From Leptolyngbyaceae cyanobacterium (GTDB lineage Bacteria; Cyanobacteriota; Cyanobacteriia; Phormidesmidales; Phormidesmidaceae), in NCBI GenBank assembly GCA_965263355.1, contig CBDHHL010000032.1:1824001-1888000 (forward strand): DNA of 64,000 nt. Reading direction: 5' to 3'. Below, piece by piece: positions 47,329-57,658 of this stretch (within the stretch, counting starts at the first letter, position 1; each line of letters begins with the position of its first letter). The translations under genes and the position numbers were made by a program. The notes beneath the pieces are model-generated. The model had not been told where the DNA came from. It worked only from the letters and a program-made list of their open reading frames with translations, and ran no database searches.

Positions 47329-49719
47329 TTAGATTAAACTCCTAAGGGTATTGAGAAGTAGACTTTGGTCGAAATCACCTTTGGTGATGTAAGCATTGGC
47401 TCCAGCGTCAGTACCACGCTGTTTGTCTTCATCTTTAGCCAATGTCGTAACTAAAATAATGGGTAACTTTTCGTATTTTGCCTCCTGTCGAATGCGAGTG
47501 GTTAACTCCAAGCCATTAAGATTGGGCATTTCTACATCAGATACTACTGCATTAAATGACTCTTCTTCCTGAAGTTTGTTCAACCCATCCAAGCCATCTG
47601 CAGCAGCTGTAACTTGATAGCCCGCTCCCTCTAAAATCCGTTTCACCTGAGTCCGAATTGGAATAGAGTCTTCCACTAATAATACTTTAGGAACAGAAAT
47701 AGTCTTTTCCAATGTGGGAATTACTAAATCGCCTTTACAACCTCGAAGTGATTTAAGTAAATCTTGGGGGCTCAGCACCATACAGACTTCCCCATTTCCT
47801 AAAATAGTAGCACCTGCAATGTTACGTACATGCTTAAGCAACTTACTATGGGGCTTTAAGACAATATCCTGTTGATCCACAAGGGTATCAACAAATAGCC
47901 CTAATCGCTCTGAGCCAACTTTGAGAACCACACAAGGCATTGATTGTTTATACTCATTGGGTTCGGCCTGTGTTGCAACAGATTTTGGTAGCTCCAATAG
48001 ATCGGTTAGCCAGACAACGGATAGGGGATTGTTTTGAAATGTAATGGTGGGATTGCCCTCAAGTTTAAATATATCCCCAGGGGCAACCCGCATCATCATA
48101 TCGATAGATTCTACGGGAATCGCATAGGATGTTTGATTGACCCCCACAATTAAGGCTGAGGCCGTTGCTAAACTCTTATTGAGGATAAATCGGAACGCAC
48201 AACCTTGAGCTGGTTCAGACGCAACTTCAATAGAGCCCTTCAACCGTTCAACATTGACACGAACAACATCCAAACCAACACCTCTACCAGAAATTTCGGT
48301 TACACTTGTACGTGTAGAAAACCCCGGCATAAAAATGAGTTCGTGAAGTTGCTCATTACTCATTTTTTCTAAGTCTTTTTCATTGTATAGTCCGCGTCGT
48401 ATCGCTGTTCGCTTAATGGTTTCTACACTGAGCCCACGACCGTCATCAATGACTTCAATACCGATATGACTACCCTGCTGATACGCTTTGAGGCATATGG
48501 TTGCTGTGGGGGGTTTACCCATGGCAATGCGCTCACTGGGTGTTTCAACACCATGGTCAATGGCATTGCGGATCAGGTGAGTCAGCGGAGCCTTCATCTC
48601 TTCTAAGATGCGTTTATCTGCCTGGGTATCGCCCCCTTCAATCACTAAATCGATGGTTTTCCCCTGTTGTTTAGCCAAATCCCTCACCATACGTGGGAAA
48701 AGACTAAACATACTGGATAATGGTAACTGACGTAGTTTGAGAATACCCGATTCTAAGTCATTAGAAAGGGTCTCTAACTGGGCAGAGTCTTCATAAGAAC
48801 TACTTCTAAGTTGCTTTAAGAGATCTCCTAATTGATCTAGACGGTCTTCTGTAGTTTGTTGTAAGGCCTGTATAGGTGCTAGGGCTTTAGATGTTAGCTG
48901 GGGGGCGTCGAGATTATCAATGGCTAAACGCTGGGCTAAACTATCACGGACCCAGCTTTCCCAAAATAGAAGCACCTTATCAATGTCATCCATCCGACGA
49001 TTAATCCGCCGTTTGGTCACAGCTAACTCACTGGCTTGAGTCATTAAGGCATCGAGCTTTGGTGCTTCAACCCGCACAGTATCAATTTGATAAGTATCAC
49101 CAACGATAGGCTCAGGCTGCTGAGATAGCTGAGGAACTTCGGGGGAGTCTACAGCGGCGGGTACAGGTTGTTTCCCATTAGTCGCTATATCAAGTTCTCC
49201 CACTGCTGATGACGCAGTTAATGAGGTAATAATAGCAGTCGTATCACTTGAGTCATGGCCAGCATCACTGGGAGCCCATTCCAGCATAGCCCGTTCCTCA
49301 GCAGCTGGCGCAATCTCACCAAAATCTTGATCCGAGGATTCCCCAGCATCTACCAACTGGGCCATCACATGGAAAATACTGATATTGGAGGGCTCACCCG
49401 TGACAGCTTCATGGGCGATTTTACGCACCGCATCTAATCCTTGATAGAGACAATCGCAGAATGAAGGCGTAATCTGTCGCTCACCTTGTTCCACACTGCT
49501 TAGTAGGGTTTCTAACTGATGCGTTAAGGTCTCCGCATCCTTTACCCCGAGCATACGTGAGTCCCCCTTTAAGGAGTGGGTCGCTCGCAATAGATCTTTT
49601 AGTTTAGCCGGGTCATCTGGATGTTTCTCTAAATAGAGCAATCCTGCTTCTAATTTGTCTAAATGGTCTTTACTAGCATCTCGATAGAGCGTGCGTAGTT
49701 CTTCATCTTCGATAAACAT
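47329..49719 (-). CDS. cheA: Hybrid CheA histidine kinase (Hpt-dimerisation-HATPase-CheW-REC)
   Basis: RATHSLKGDS, HLIRNAIDHG, DDGRG, GFST, SGRGVGLDVV, C-terminal receiver. Start MFIEDEE at 49719. Confidence 0.93.
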   Translation of the reverse strand: MFIEDEELRTLYRDASKDHLDKLEAGLLYLEKHPDDPAKLKDLLRATHSLKGDSRMLGVKDAETLTHQLETLLSSVEQGERQITPSFCDCLYQGLDAVRKIAHEAVTGEPSNISIFHVMAQLVDAGESSDQDFGEIAPAAEERAMLEWAPSDAGHDSSDTTAIITSLTASSAVGELDIATNGKQPVPAAVDSPEVPQLSQQPEPIVGDTYQIDTVRVEAPKLDALMTQASELAVTKRRINRRMDDIDKVLLFWESWVRDSLAQRLAIDNLDAPQLTSKALAPIQALQQTTEDRLDQLGDLLKQLRSSSYEDSAQLETLSNDLESGILKLRQLPLSSMFSLFPRMVRDLAKQQGKTIDLVIEGGDTQADKRILEEMKAPLTHLIRNAIDHGVETPSERIAMGKPPTATICLKAYQQGSHIGIEVIDDGRGLSVETIKRTAIRRGLYNEKDLEKMSNEQLHELIFMPGFSTRTSVTEISGRGVGLDVVRVNVERLKGSIEVASEPAQGCAFRFILNKSLATASALIVGVNQTSYAIPVESIDMMMRVAPGDIFKLEGNPTITFQNNPLSVVWLTDLLELPKSVATQAEPNEYKQSMPCVVLKVGSERLGLFVDTLVDQQDIVLKPHSKLLKHVRNIAGATILGNGEVCMVLSPQDLLKSLRGCKGDLVIPTLEKTISVPKVLLVEDSIPIRTQVKRILEGAGYQVTAAADGLDGLNKLQEEESFNAVVSDVEMPNLNGLELTTRIRQEAKYEKLPIILVTTLAKDEDKQRGTDAGANAYITKGDFDQSLLLNTLRSLI

Positions 49720-49818
49720 GATCTCTTTGGTTGGATAGGGTAGATGGGGTGAGATGGGCATACACTCTACCCCAATGAGAACCTTAAACTGTTGTGAACT
49801 ATGGGCGCAAAGCTATGA

Positions 49819-51177
49819 TTAGACGGCAACTCGTAGTTCTTGTGCAATAGTCTGCAGTTCTTTGGTGGAGTTTTGTACCTCACTCACCGCAGTCACCGTT
49901 TCCTTTGCTCCCAGGTTAATGGTGTTCATGGCTGAAACTACCTGCTGTACTCCCACCGCCTGTTGCTTAGCCGTTTGGGCAATTTGTTGCGAGTTTTCAT
50001 AGACTTCGCTAATTGCATTGGCAATCTGGCTAAATACATTAGCTGTATTTTGGGCAGTTTCAATACCCACTTTTGCGGTTTTGTTGCCCTCGTCCGTCAC
50101 CATGACCGTAGAATTAATTGAAGTCTGAATAGCTTCTACCAGAGTGCCAATTTTACCGGCTGAATCACGACTTTGGTCAGCCAACTTTCGAATTTCACCT
50201 GCAACCACTGCGAAACCTTTACCTTGTTCACCGGCTCGAGCTGCCTCAACCGCTGCGTTTAGGGCTAACATATTCGTTTGGTCGGCGACGTCTGCCACCA
50301 GGCCTGAAATTGTCGAAATTTGGTCGGTTTGTTCACTGAGCTGCATAATCTGATCTGCGATCGCACTCACCTTGTCTCGCAGGTCCTCAATTTCCTGCAC
50401 CGTGGTTTCCACCGCCTGACTTCCGGTTTCCGATAGGGTGAGTGCTTCGCGGGCACCTGTTGCCGAAGAATCTGCCTTTTGAGCCGCTTGCAGTGATGCA
50501 GCTCCCAAGGATTCAATGGTAGATGTTGTTATATTCACAGAATCCGTTTGTTCTATTACCGCCCGCTCCTGGGCTTCTACCGTAGCGGCAATGTTGGCAG
50601 AACTTTCAGACACCGTTGACACTGATTTTTGGAGTACCTTTGAAGCTTGGTGAATACTCCAAAATACGAATCCTAATATCGCGATGTCCAGAATCAAAAA
50701 TGCTAACTGGGAATTACTTACTTCCTTAATGTGCGCTGTTGTAAAGTTCTCTGCTGCCTCTGCAGCTATATTGGCATCGTCAAAAAATTGTTCACTGTCA
50801 CTGAGCACCTGAGCCTTTAGATTTGGATTTTGGCGATATTGCAGAATATCTGACTTTAGTGTTTGCCAATCACTCTCAACCTGCTCCATTGCAGCTACAA
50901 ACGCTGGATCCTTCTGCTTATGCAACTTTAATTCTTCATCACCGTTAACCAGGCCATTAATGACCTTATCGATTTCGGCTATCAGTGCATCATTGGGTTG
51001 TCCATTAGTTTCCAGTTTTACTAATCGTTGAGTAGCTCCGCGAACAAAACCCGTTTTGTTCACCGCACTTCCATCAAAAACACCCTCATTAGTTCGAAGG
51101 TTTTCAAAAATAGTTATACCAATGGTAAAGGCAGCCAGTCCAGCAATGGTGTATTTTAGCTGGTTAGTAATTTTCAT
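49819..51177 (-). CDS. Methyl-accepting chemotaxis protein with PilJ/NarX-like periplasmic domain
   Basis: Two TMs; [15 protein letters not shown]; signalling hairpin [34 protein letters not shown]. Confidence 0.9.
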   Translation of the reverse strand: MKITNQLKYTIAGLAAFTIGITIFENLRTNEGVFDGSAVNKTGFVRGATQRLVKLETNGQPNDALIAEIDKVINGLVNGDEELKLHKQKDPAFVAAMEQVESDWQTLKSDILQYRQNPNLKAQVLSDSEQFFDDANIAAEAAENFTTAHIKEVSNSQLAFLILDIAILGFVFWSIHQASKVLQKSVSTVSESSANIAATVEAQERAVIEQTDSVNITTSTIESLGAASLQAAQKADSSATGAREALTLSETGSQAVETTVQEIEDLRDKVSAIADQIMQLSEQTDQISTISGLVADVADQTNMLALNAAVEAARAGEQGKGFAVVAGEIRKLADQSRDSAGKIGTLVEAIQTSINSTVMVTDEGNKTAKVGIETAQNTANVFSQIANAISEVYENSQQIAQTAKQQAVGVQQVVSAMNTINLGAKETVTAVSEVQNSTKELQTIAQELRVAV

Positions 51178-51244
51178 GGAATCACTCCTAAGTTGTATTT
51201 AAGACAATATGGGTAGAGAAGTTATGCTGCTTGTAGCTCTGGGG

Positions 51245-52342
51245 TTAAGCTGTCTGATCTACAAGTAAACCTCCCTGGGAGAAGACCTTAGAAAGATCAA
51301 GAATACTCAAGCTTTTTTGGTGATATTGAGTTGCTCCTTGAAAAAATGCTTGAGAATGCTGAGATAATGCAGCGGGCATCGCTGAAATCTCTGAGAGAGG
51401 AAGATAAACAACATCCAGAACCTGATCAACCGTAATACCAGCGACAATATCATCAACCTCAATAACGACAGCCTTAGACGCTTGGGCAACTGTTTGGGCA
51501 AGGTTCAAGGTCTCTCGAATATCAATTAGAGTCATGATATCTCCGCGCAAATTAATGTTGCCCATAATGTGAGATGGGCAACAGGGAATGGGCTGAACAC
51601 GACGAATATTAATAAATTCTTGTATCTGCCCTAGCTCTAAACCAAAGTATTCGTCTGCCAGCTTGATTACAGCTAGGGGCATTAATTTATCACTATTAGA
51701 ACTCCCTGCTAATGCGTGACGTAGCTTGACAGCACGCTGTTGAAAAATAGCTTGTTCTTCTAATGTACTATTGGGACAGTAAAGTGAGAAAAAATTAGTC
51801 AAAACAGGTATTGGTTGCGCATCAAACACCTGTTCCTCGGGATAGGCCTTAGCACTGTCATCCTCTTCTATATTGTCAAGGTTAGCTTCCCAGACCATCA
51901 TGGCCACTTCATCCGTTTGGCGAATCAAGGACTCTGGATTGAGCAAGAGAATTAAATGATCATCAACCTTAGCCACCCCTGATGCGAATGCCGAATGCAC
52001 TGATTGTCTAAATTCATAGGTTGGTGCCGCTTCAATTATAGAAGGTGGCAGGGTTTGTACATCATGAACCCCATTAACCACCATTCCAATTTGTATTCCC
52101 TGCCATTCAATCACAATGACACTATCGCTTACCTGGCAAGTTGGCATATCTTGCCCCAAACGTTTAGCAAGGTGCATTACTGGCAAAATGGCTCCTCGCA
52201 AATTGAGGATACCGATGATGTCCCCCGGTGCATCAGCCATTGGTGTTAGCTCGGGGAGCTGAAAAATCTCTCGAACCTGGTCCGTTTTGAGACCGTACTG
52301 TAGGTCATTTAGTTCAAAAATTAAATAGGTTTGGGTTTCCAT
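51245..52342 (-). CDS. cheW: Tandem CheW-domain protein
   Basis: Two CheW repeats (GILNLRGAILPV; GNINLRGDIMTLID). Confidence 0.9.
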   Translation of the reverse strand: METQTYLIFELNDLQYGLKTDQVREIFQLPELTPMADAPGDIIGILNLRGAILPVMHLAKRLGQDMPTCQVSDSVIVIEWQGIQIGMVVNGVHDVQTLPPSIIEAAPTYEFRQSVHSAFASGVAKVDDHLILLLNPESLIRQTDEVAMMVWEANLDNIEEDDSAKAYPEEQVFDAQPIPVLTNFFSLYCPNSTLEEQAIFQQRAVKLRHALAGSSNSDKLMPLAVIKLADEYFGLELGQIQEFINIRRVQPIPCCPSHIMGNINLRGDIMTLIDIRETLNLAQTVAQASKAVVIEVDDIVAGITVDQVLDVVYLPLSEISAMPAALSQHSQAFFQGATQYHQKSLSILDLSKVFSQGGLLVDQTA

Positions 52343-52366
52343 GATGATCGATTAACAATGAACTCT

Positions 52367-53614
52367 CTACGATATAACTGTGCTAGGAATATATTTTTCT
52401 AATACTTCCAGTAATTTTGGACGGTCAACGGGTTTAGTTAAATAGTGGGTTGAGCCTACGATTTGACCTCTGAGTTTGTTAAACATTCCATCTTTAGCAG
52501 TCAGCATCACAATCGGAAGATCCCGAAACCTACCAATACTCCGAACGGTGCGACAAAGCTCTAGTCCGTCGATATCAGGCATTGTTACGTCCAACAGCAT
52601 TAGTTCGATTTTTTCTTTATTTAGCAGGCTGAGTGCATCCATCGCATTGCTTGCCAGTAGTACATGATAGTAGTCACCAATGGCGCGTTTAATCATTGTC
52701 TGCACTACTGGACTATCATCAACACTGAGAATGGTAGGGCGATTCTCAGTGACTTTGGCAACAATAGGAGCTGGCGGATCAGGAATTGTTTCGACCAGCC
52801 CATTGATGTTGATTTTCTGTGGATTAATGATTTTTTGTGAGTCATTAACAACCGTTTTTGGCGAATTCTCAATGGTGGATAGATACTTAGTTTGTTCAAA
52901 TGTAAGCCAGCCCATTTGCACAAATTTGAGATATTTATGGGCTAATTCCAATGGATCCAGGTTGATTTGGCTTGCTATTTCGTAAAGTGTTTGCTGGCCA
53001 TCGATCCACTGGGGCAAATGTTGTCGTGCCCAATCATCAGTGATAGTTTGATGGCTATGCAGAAGCTGATAGGGAATTGCATTGACAGAAGGAATGGTAT
53101 CGGCTAAGGATGCCCATACCTGCTGTCGCTGCATCATATCTTGCTCTAGTGGCTCCCAAGTAAACCCATGACAGTCTTCTCCATAGGCAAGATCAATAGA
53201 AATAGACGTATTTACGGTTAGTTTTCCTGCATAGGGAAAAATACGTTCTAATATCAAGATGACTTGTTTTCGAATATATTTTTCAACATCTTGCCAAGTA
53301 AATAGTTTAAGACGAACAAAAAGCTCTAGATGTTTACGTATAGAAGTCTGATCGTCGAGCCGTTTCTTAGCTAGCTGCAAAGCTGTTCTCATAATTTCTA
53401 AGTCGAAATGCTTTCCCAGCGCTTGTGAGAACGTTATTGGTTCCGGTAATGATAATCCGCAGTAGGTGAGTTCTCCATTGTGCCACACAAAAACCGTAGA
53501 ACGATTGTTATTTAGGACATTGGGAAAGGTTTCTATATAGGTAACCCCACTAAATTTCTTGTATTGCAGGTCTAAAATTACATCGCCTAAGTGATTAGCT
53601 TCAAATCGCAACAT
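52367..53614 (-). CDS. PatA-family response regulator (N-terminal PATAN-like + REC)
   Basis: C-terminal ILSVDDSPVVQ, LLDVTMPDIDG, MLTAKDG, YLTKP; paralogue of 53704-54891. Confidence 0.85.
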   Translation of the reverse strand: MLRFEANHLGDVILDLQYKKFSGVTYIETFPNVLNNNRSTVFVWHNGELTYCGLSLPEPITFSQALGKHFDLEIMRTALQLAKKRLDDQTSIRKHLELFVRLKLFTWQDVEKYIRKQVILILERIFPYAGKLTVNTSISIDLAYGEDCHGFTWEPLEQDMMQRQQVWASLADTIPSVNAIPYQLLHSHQTITDDWARQHLPQWIDGQQTLYEIASQINLDPLELAHKYLKFVQMGWLTFEQTKYLSTIENSPKTVVNDSQKIINPQKININGLVETIPDPPAPIVAKVTENRPTILSVDDSPVVQTMIKRAIGDYYHVLLASNAMDALSLLNKEKIELMLLDVTMPDIDGLELCRTVRSIGRFRDLPIVMLTAKDGMFNKLRGQIVGSTHYLTKPVDRPKLLEVLEKYIPSTVIS

Positions 53615-53703
53615 TAATACTTTCCTATAGAAACTTTAGAAGGGTAAAAGACTTTTTCTTGACGCTGGTCATATAATGATTTAAGAAATGACACTAACAC
53701 TCT

Positions 53704-54891
53704 CTAAGTAACTACTTGAGATGGGACATATTTATTGAGCACTTCCATCAGTTTTAGTTGATTGATAGGCTTAGTTAAATAATGTGTTGAGCCGGCCATT
53801 TGCCCTTTAATCTTATTGAACATGCCATCCTTAGCCGTCAGCATGATCACTGGCAGATTTCGGAATTTATTAATCTTTCGGATCGTACGACAAAGTTCTA
53901 GCCCATCAATATCTGGCATTGTGACATCCAATAACAATAGGTCAATTTTTTCGCTATTTAATAGGTTGAGTGCATCCATTGCATTACTGGCTAGCAGTAG
54001 GTTATAGCAATCACCAATAGCGCGCTTAATCATTGTTTGTACAACGGTACTATCATCAACACTGAGAATTGTAGGTAGCTCTTGGGACAGTGACTCCTGA
54101 GGAAGTGTTTTTTGAAGGGTTGTTGGTGCACTACGGACAATAGATGTGTGACTCTCTTGACGAGGTTGAAACGTCAACCAACCCATCTGGACAAAATGCA
54201 TATAGCTATGGGCTAGCTCTAATGGATCTCGACCAATTGCATGGGCAATATCTCCTAGAGTACGCTGGCCGTCTATCCACTGGTGTACATGTTGTTGCAC
54301 CCAGGGATCATTGATTGTCTGTTGGGTTGCCTGGATGCGGTGGGGGATTGCGTTGATGGATGCGATCGCAGGTGATAATGAGGCCCATCCCTGCTGTCGC
54401 TGGTTGATTTCAGCCCCTAACTGTTGCCAGGTAAATCCATGGCTATCTTCTCCGTAGGCAAGATCAATGACTACAGTTGGATTTAATTTGATTGTTCCAC
54501 GATAGGGTAGGATTTCTTCTAATGTTAGAACGATTTGTTTGCGAATAAATGTTTCAAGATCTTGCCAGCTAAATAACTCAAGTTGGATGTATAGCTCTAA
54601 ATATTGACGAATAGAGGCCTGATTTTCAACTTTTTTACTAGCTAGTTGCAACGCTGCATCCATAATTTGCAGCTTAAAATGCTGCCCCAATTGTTGAGAT
54701 AATTCATGGGGCTCTGGCAAATATAGTCCCGCATAGGTGAGTTCACCGTTGAAAAAGCTTAAAACCCTAGGGTGCTGAAGTTTTCTAATATTAGACAGAG
54801 GCTCTACATAAGCAACTCCACTAAAACCATCATATTGTAAGTTTAAAATGGCACTGTCCAATTGCTTGGCGTTAAATTGAAGCATTAACAC
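53704..54891 (-). CDS. PatA-family response regulator, second tandem paralogue
   Basis: Same architecture; shared IDLAYGED.HGFTW and QWIDGQ.TL motifs. Confidence 0.85.
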   Translation of the reverse strand: MLMLQFNAKQLDSAILNLQYDGFSGVAYVEPLSNIRKLQHPRVLSFFNGELTYAGLYLPEPHELSQQLGQHFKLQIMDAALQLASKKVENQASIRQYLELYIQLELFSWQDLETFIRKQIVLTLEEILPYRGTIKLNPTVVIDLAYGEDSHGFTWQQLGAEINQRQQGWASLSPAIASINAIPHRIQATQQTINDPWVQQHVHQWIDGQRTLGDIAHAIGRDPLELAHSYMHFVQMGWLTFQPRQESHTSIVRSAPTTLQKTLPQESLSQELPTILSVDDSTVVQTMIKRAIGDCYNLLLASNAMDALNLLNSEKIDLLLLDVTMPDIDGLELCRTIRKINKFRNLPVIMLTAKDGMFNKIKGQMAGSTHYLTKPINQLKLMEVLNKYVPSQVVT

Positions 54892-55273
54892 CCTCCCACA
54901 AAAGATTTAGAAGATCGTAAAAATGGTTTTATACAGTCAATAGACTGGCGTAAATACTGACTGTTGTTGGCAATGATTTACTCAGATGAATCGCCGAGCA
55001 AACAATCAACTCAGCTTGATGTTAATAATTCATGGCAACAAGTTTAAGGGAACAATCTTTACTCTCATTGTTGATTTTTCTATGGTTAAAGTGCCCACTA
55101 AATCAGAAGACGAACATAGAAAATAAGGGGGACAACTTAACCTGAGAAATCGTTACTCGGCAGATAATTGAAAGGCAGGGTACAAAAATCAGTTAATCCA
55201 GGGCGTAAGCGATTCAATCGCTTACAATATCCCATGGATGAGGTTTTATTGGTCAGATCTGTATGGATGGGAT

Positions 55274-56182
55274 ATGAAGATCTTTTATTACCGACGACGG
55301 GATAGTCAGCCTAATTTTGGAGATGAGCTAAATACGTGGCTGTGGCCCCAATTGCTGCCGAATTTCTTTGATGATGATGAGTCTACCCAGTTTATCGGCA
55401 CTGGGACCTTACTTAATCATCGATTACCAGAACGCACAGCTAATGCCCAGCGTCTGATTATATTTAGCAGTGGTGCCGGTTATGAACAGCCATTATCAGA
55501 GATTCCATCCCATTGGCATATTGCCTGTGTTAGAGGTCCACTATCCGCCAGACGTTTACAGTTGCCCAGTCAAAAAGCCATTACAGATGGGGGTATTTTA
55601 GTGCGCCGCTGCTTTTCTCCTGTTGGGGGAACAATAGCTCCCTATGGGTTTATGCCTCATATTCACCATGCTAATTTTGCCGATGTGACCTGGAAAACCC
55701 TGTGTAAAGATGTTGGTATTAGCTACATAGACCCTCGTTGGCCCATAGAACAGATTTTAGAGGCCATTAGTAGTACAGAAGTTTTATTGGCAGAAGCCAT
55801 GCATGGGGCAATTGTGGCCGATGCCCTCAGAACGGCCTGGATTCCTATTATTACTAGCCCTAGGATTCTGAGCTTTAAATGGCAAGACTGGTGTGCCTCC
55901 ATTGGTGTGCCCTATCGTCCCTGGAGATTGTTGCCATTACCAGACTATCCAAAATATGCGCAGGGATTTCGGTCATCACTCCAGGCCGGATGGCTCCGAG
56001 CAAAATGGGGACAGCAGCTATTAGAACATCAGCCAACACAGCTATTCAGCCAATCCACAGCAGATACTCTTAGAAGAGTAATCAAACACGGTCGGCCAGT
56101 TTTAAGTGAGGACGCCACCCTAGAACAGTTGACCACTCAGTTAGAAACAACATTAAGTTCTCTAAAGAAATCTCTAGTTTAG
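55274..56182 (+). CDS. Polysaccharide pyruvyl transferase (ExoV-like)
   Basis: NFGDELN.WLWP, GTGTLLN, VRGPLSA, FMPH, AEAMHGAIVADALR. Confidence 0.85.
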   Translation: MKIFYYRRRDSQPNFGDELNTWLWPQLLPNFFDDDESTQFIGTGTLLNHRLPERTANAQRLIIFSSGAGYEQPLSEIPSHWHIACVRGPLSARRLQLPSQKAITDGGILVRRCFSPVGGTIAPYGFMPHIHHANFADVTWKTLCKDVGISYIDPRWPIEQILEAISSTEVLLAEAMHGAIVADALRTAWIPIITSPRILSFKWQDWCASIGVPYRPWRLLPLPDYPKYAQGFRSSLQAGWLRAKWGQQLLEHQPTQLFSQSTADTLRRVIKHGRPVLSEDATLEQLTTQLETTLSSLKKSLV

Positions 56183-56269
56183 TGAGTTGATAATCACTCA
56201 GCAACGCTTAAGGGGTTCATCGCTACAATCGCGCATCTGCTTATAGTGTATCTGTACTGTAGTGGACTC

Positions 56270-57376
56270 CTAATGTTTTGTCTGTTTTAGTATCAACCAG
56301 ATTAGAATTGGAGCGCCCAATAGGGCCATGACTGCATTGAGGGGAAGAACGATTTGGCTACCAGGAATCTGGGCAATACTGTTGGCCACCAGGGCTAACA
56401 TTGCCCCCAGCAAAGCGACAACAGGTACCAATATCCGGTGGTCTTGAGTGTGAAAAAGACTACGGCCCAGATGGGGAACAGCCACCCCTAGAAACGCGAT
56501 CGGACCACAAAATGCAGTGATGCTGCCTGCCAAAAGAGAAGCACTAAAAATCAGATAGCAGCGCACGATTGTGATGGATAGTCCGAGGCTAATGGCTTGT
56601 TCTTCACCCAGGAGTAAAAGGTTGAGAGGCTTACAAGCAAATTGGGAAATTATTAGTCCAACGCTTACCATCGATAACAAAATTGGCATCTGTTGCCAGG
56701 TAACTCCGCTAAAACTACCAAAAGTCCAATTGAGATAGGCCAGGGTTTGTTCTAGGCGGCTAAAGTGTAGCAGAATTGTCACGAGGGCAGTGGTGACATA
56801 GCCCAGCATAAGGCCAAAGATCAGCAGCGCCAGGGAGCTACGAACCTGACGAGCAATTAGGAGAACCAGGAGCATTGCGATCGCAGCCCCCGCACTAGCG
56901 GCTCCTACCACACTCAACTGGCCCCACCAGCCTATTCCACCCCCCGTTAAGACAATCAAGGCCGCGCCAAGACTAGCTCCAGCATTAATTCCAAGGACGG
57001 ATGGTCCAGCCAGTGGGTTACGGAATAGGGCCTGAAGTTGGAGACCACTAATGGCTAAAGCTGAGCCTGCGGCCATGGCGGTGAGGGAACGGGGAAGACG
57101 AAAATTGAGGATGATTTCTTGCCAGGCAGGTTTTGTAGCAGTGCTACCAAAAAGAATATTGAGCACTTCGTTGGGGGGAATGGCTACGGAGCCGAGGGCA
57201 AGGCTCGTGATAAATGTTATTAGCAGAGTAATTGTGAGGATGGTTAAACCAGTTAGATGGTTAATGGAGAGAGATTTAAATTGGTAATTGAATAGTCTGC
57301 TAAATAATTTGTTTAACTGAGGGACTGCTGGGTGCCTAGTATGTCTAGGTTTTAGGGGGTAGATTTTGTTGGCCAT
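56270..57376 (-). CDS. FecCD/BtuC-family ABC permease (probable cobamide uptake)
   Basis: RLPRSL, LFRNPLAGP..LG, LLGEEQA.SLG, GPIAFLG..VPH; downstream of the B12 riboswitch genes. Confidence 0.88.
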   Translation of the reverse strand: MANKIYPLKPRHTRHPAVPQLNKLFSRLFNYQFKSLSINHLTGLTILTITLLITFITSLALGSVAIPPNEVLNILFGSTATKPAWQEIILNFRLPRSLTAMAAGSALAISGLQLQALFRNPLAGPSVLGINAGASLGAALIVLTGGGIGWWGQLSVVGAASAGAAIAMLLVLLIARQVRSSLALLIFGLMLGYVTTALVTILLHFSRLEQTLAYLNWTFGSFSGVTWQQMPILLSMVSVGLIISQFACKPLNLLLLGEEQAISLGLSITIVRCYLIFSASLLAGSITAFCGPIAFLGVAVPHLGRSLFHTQDHRILVPVVALLGAMLALVANSIAQIPGSQIVLPLNAVMALLGAPILIWLILKQTKH

Positions 57377-57534
57377 AATAAATCTGTTGTGGTTTTTCGA
57401 ATGTTGGGGAAGAGCTTAAATGTGCTGCTTGGGGTCCCTCCGAGTTCACATTCGGAAGTAGGTATAGTATCCCAATTAGGTAAACTGGAGGAATACGGAT
57501 ATGGCAAATTGGATCGATTTGGCTATCGGTGAAG

Positions 57535-57578
57535 CGGTTTAGAATTTTATGTGTCGCAATACATAAAATTCTAAACCG
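57535..57578. repeat. Perfect 18-bp inverted repeat between the phosphodiesterase and permease genes
   Basis: CGGTTTAGAATTTTATGT-GTCGCAAT-ACATAAAATTCTAAACCG. Confidence 0.85.
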
Positions 57579-57658
57579 TTTTATCCATGTCGTTGTTAGA
57601 CTCTTTCTATCCATAAATTTTTTTCTTATAAAGACTTGGAAAATACTTTTGCTCGGAC

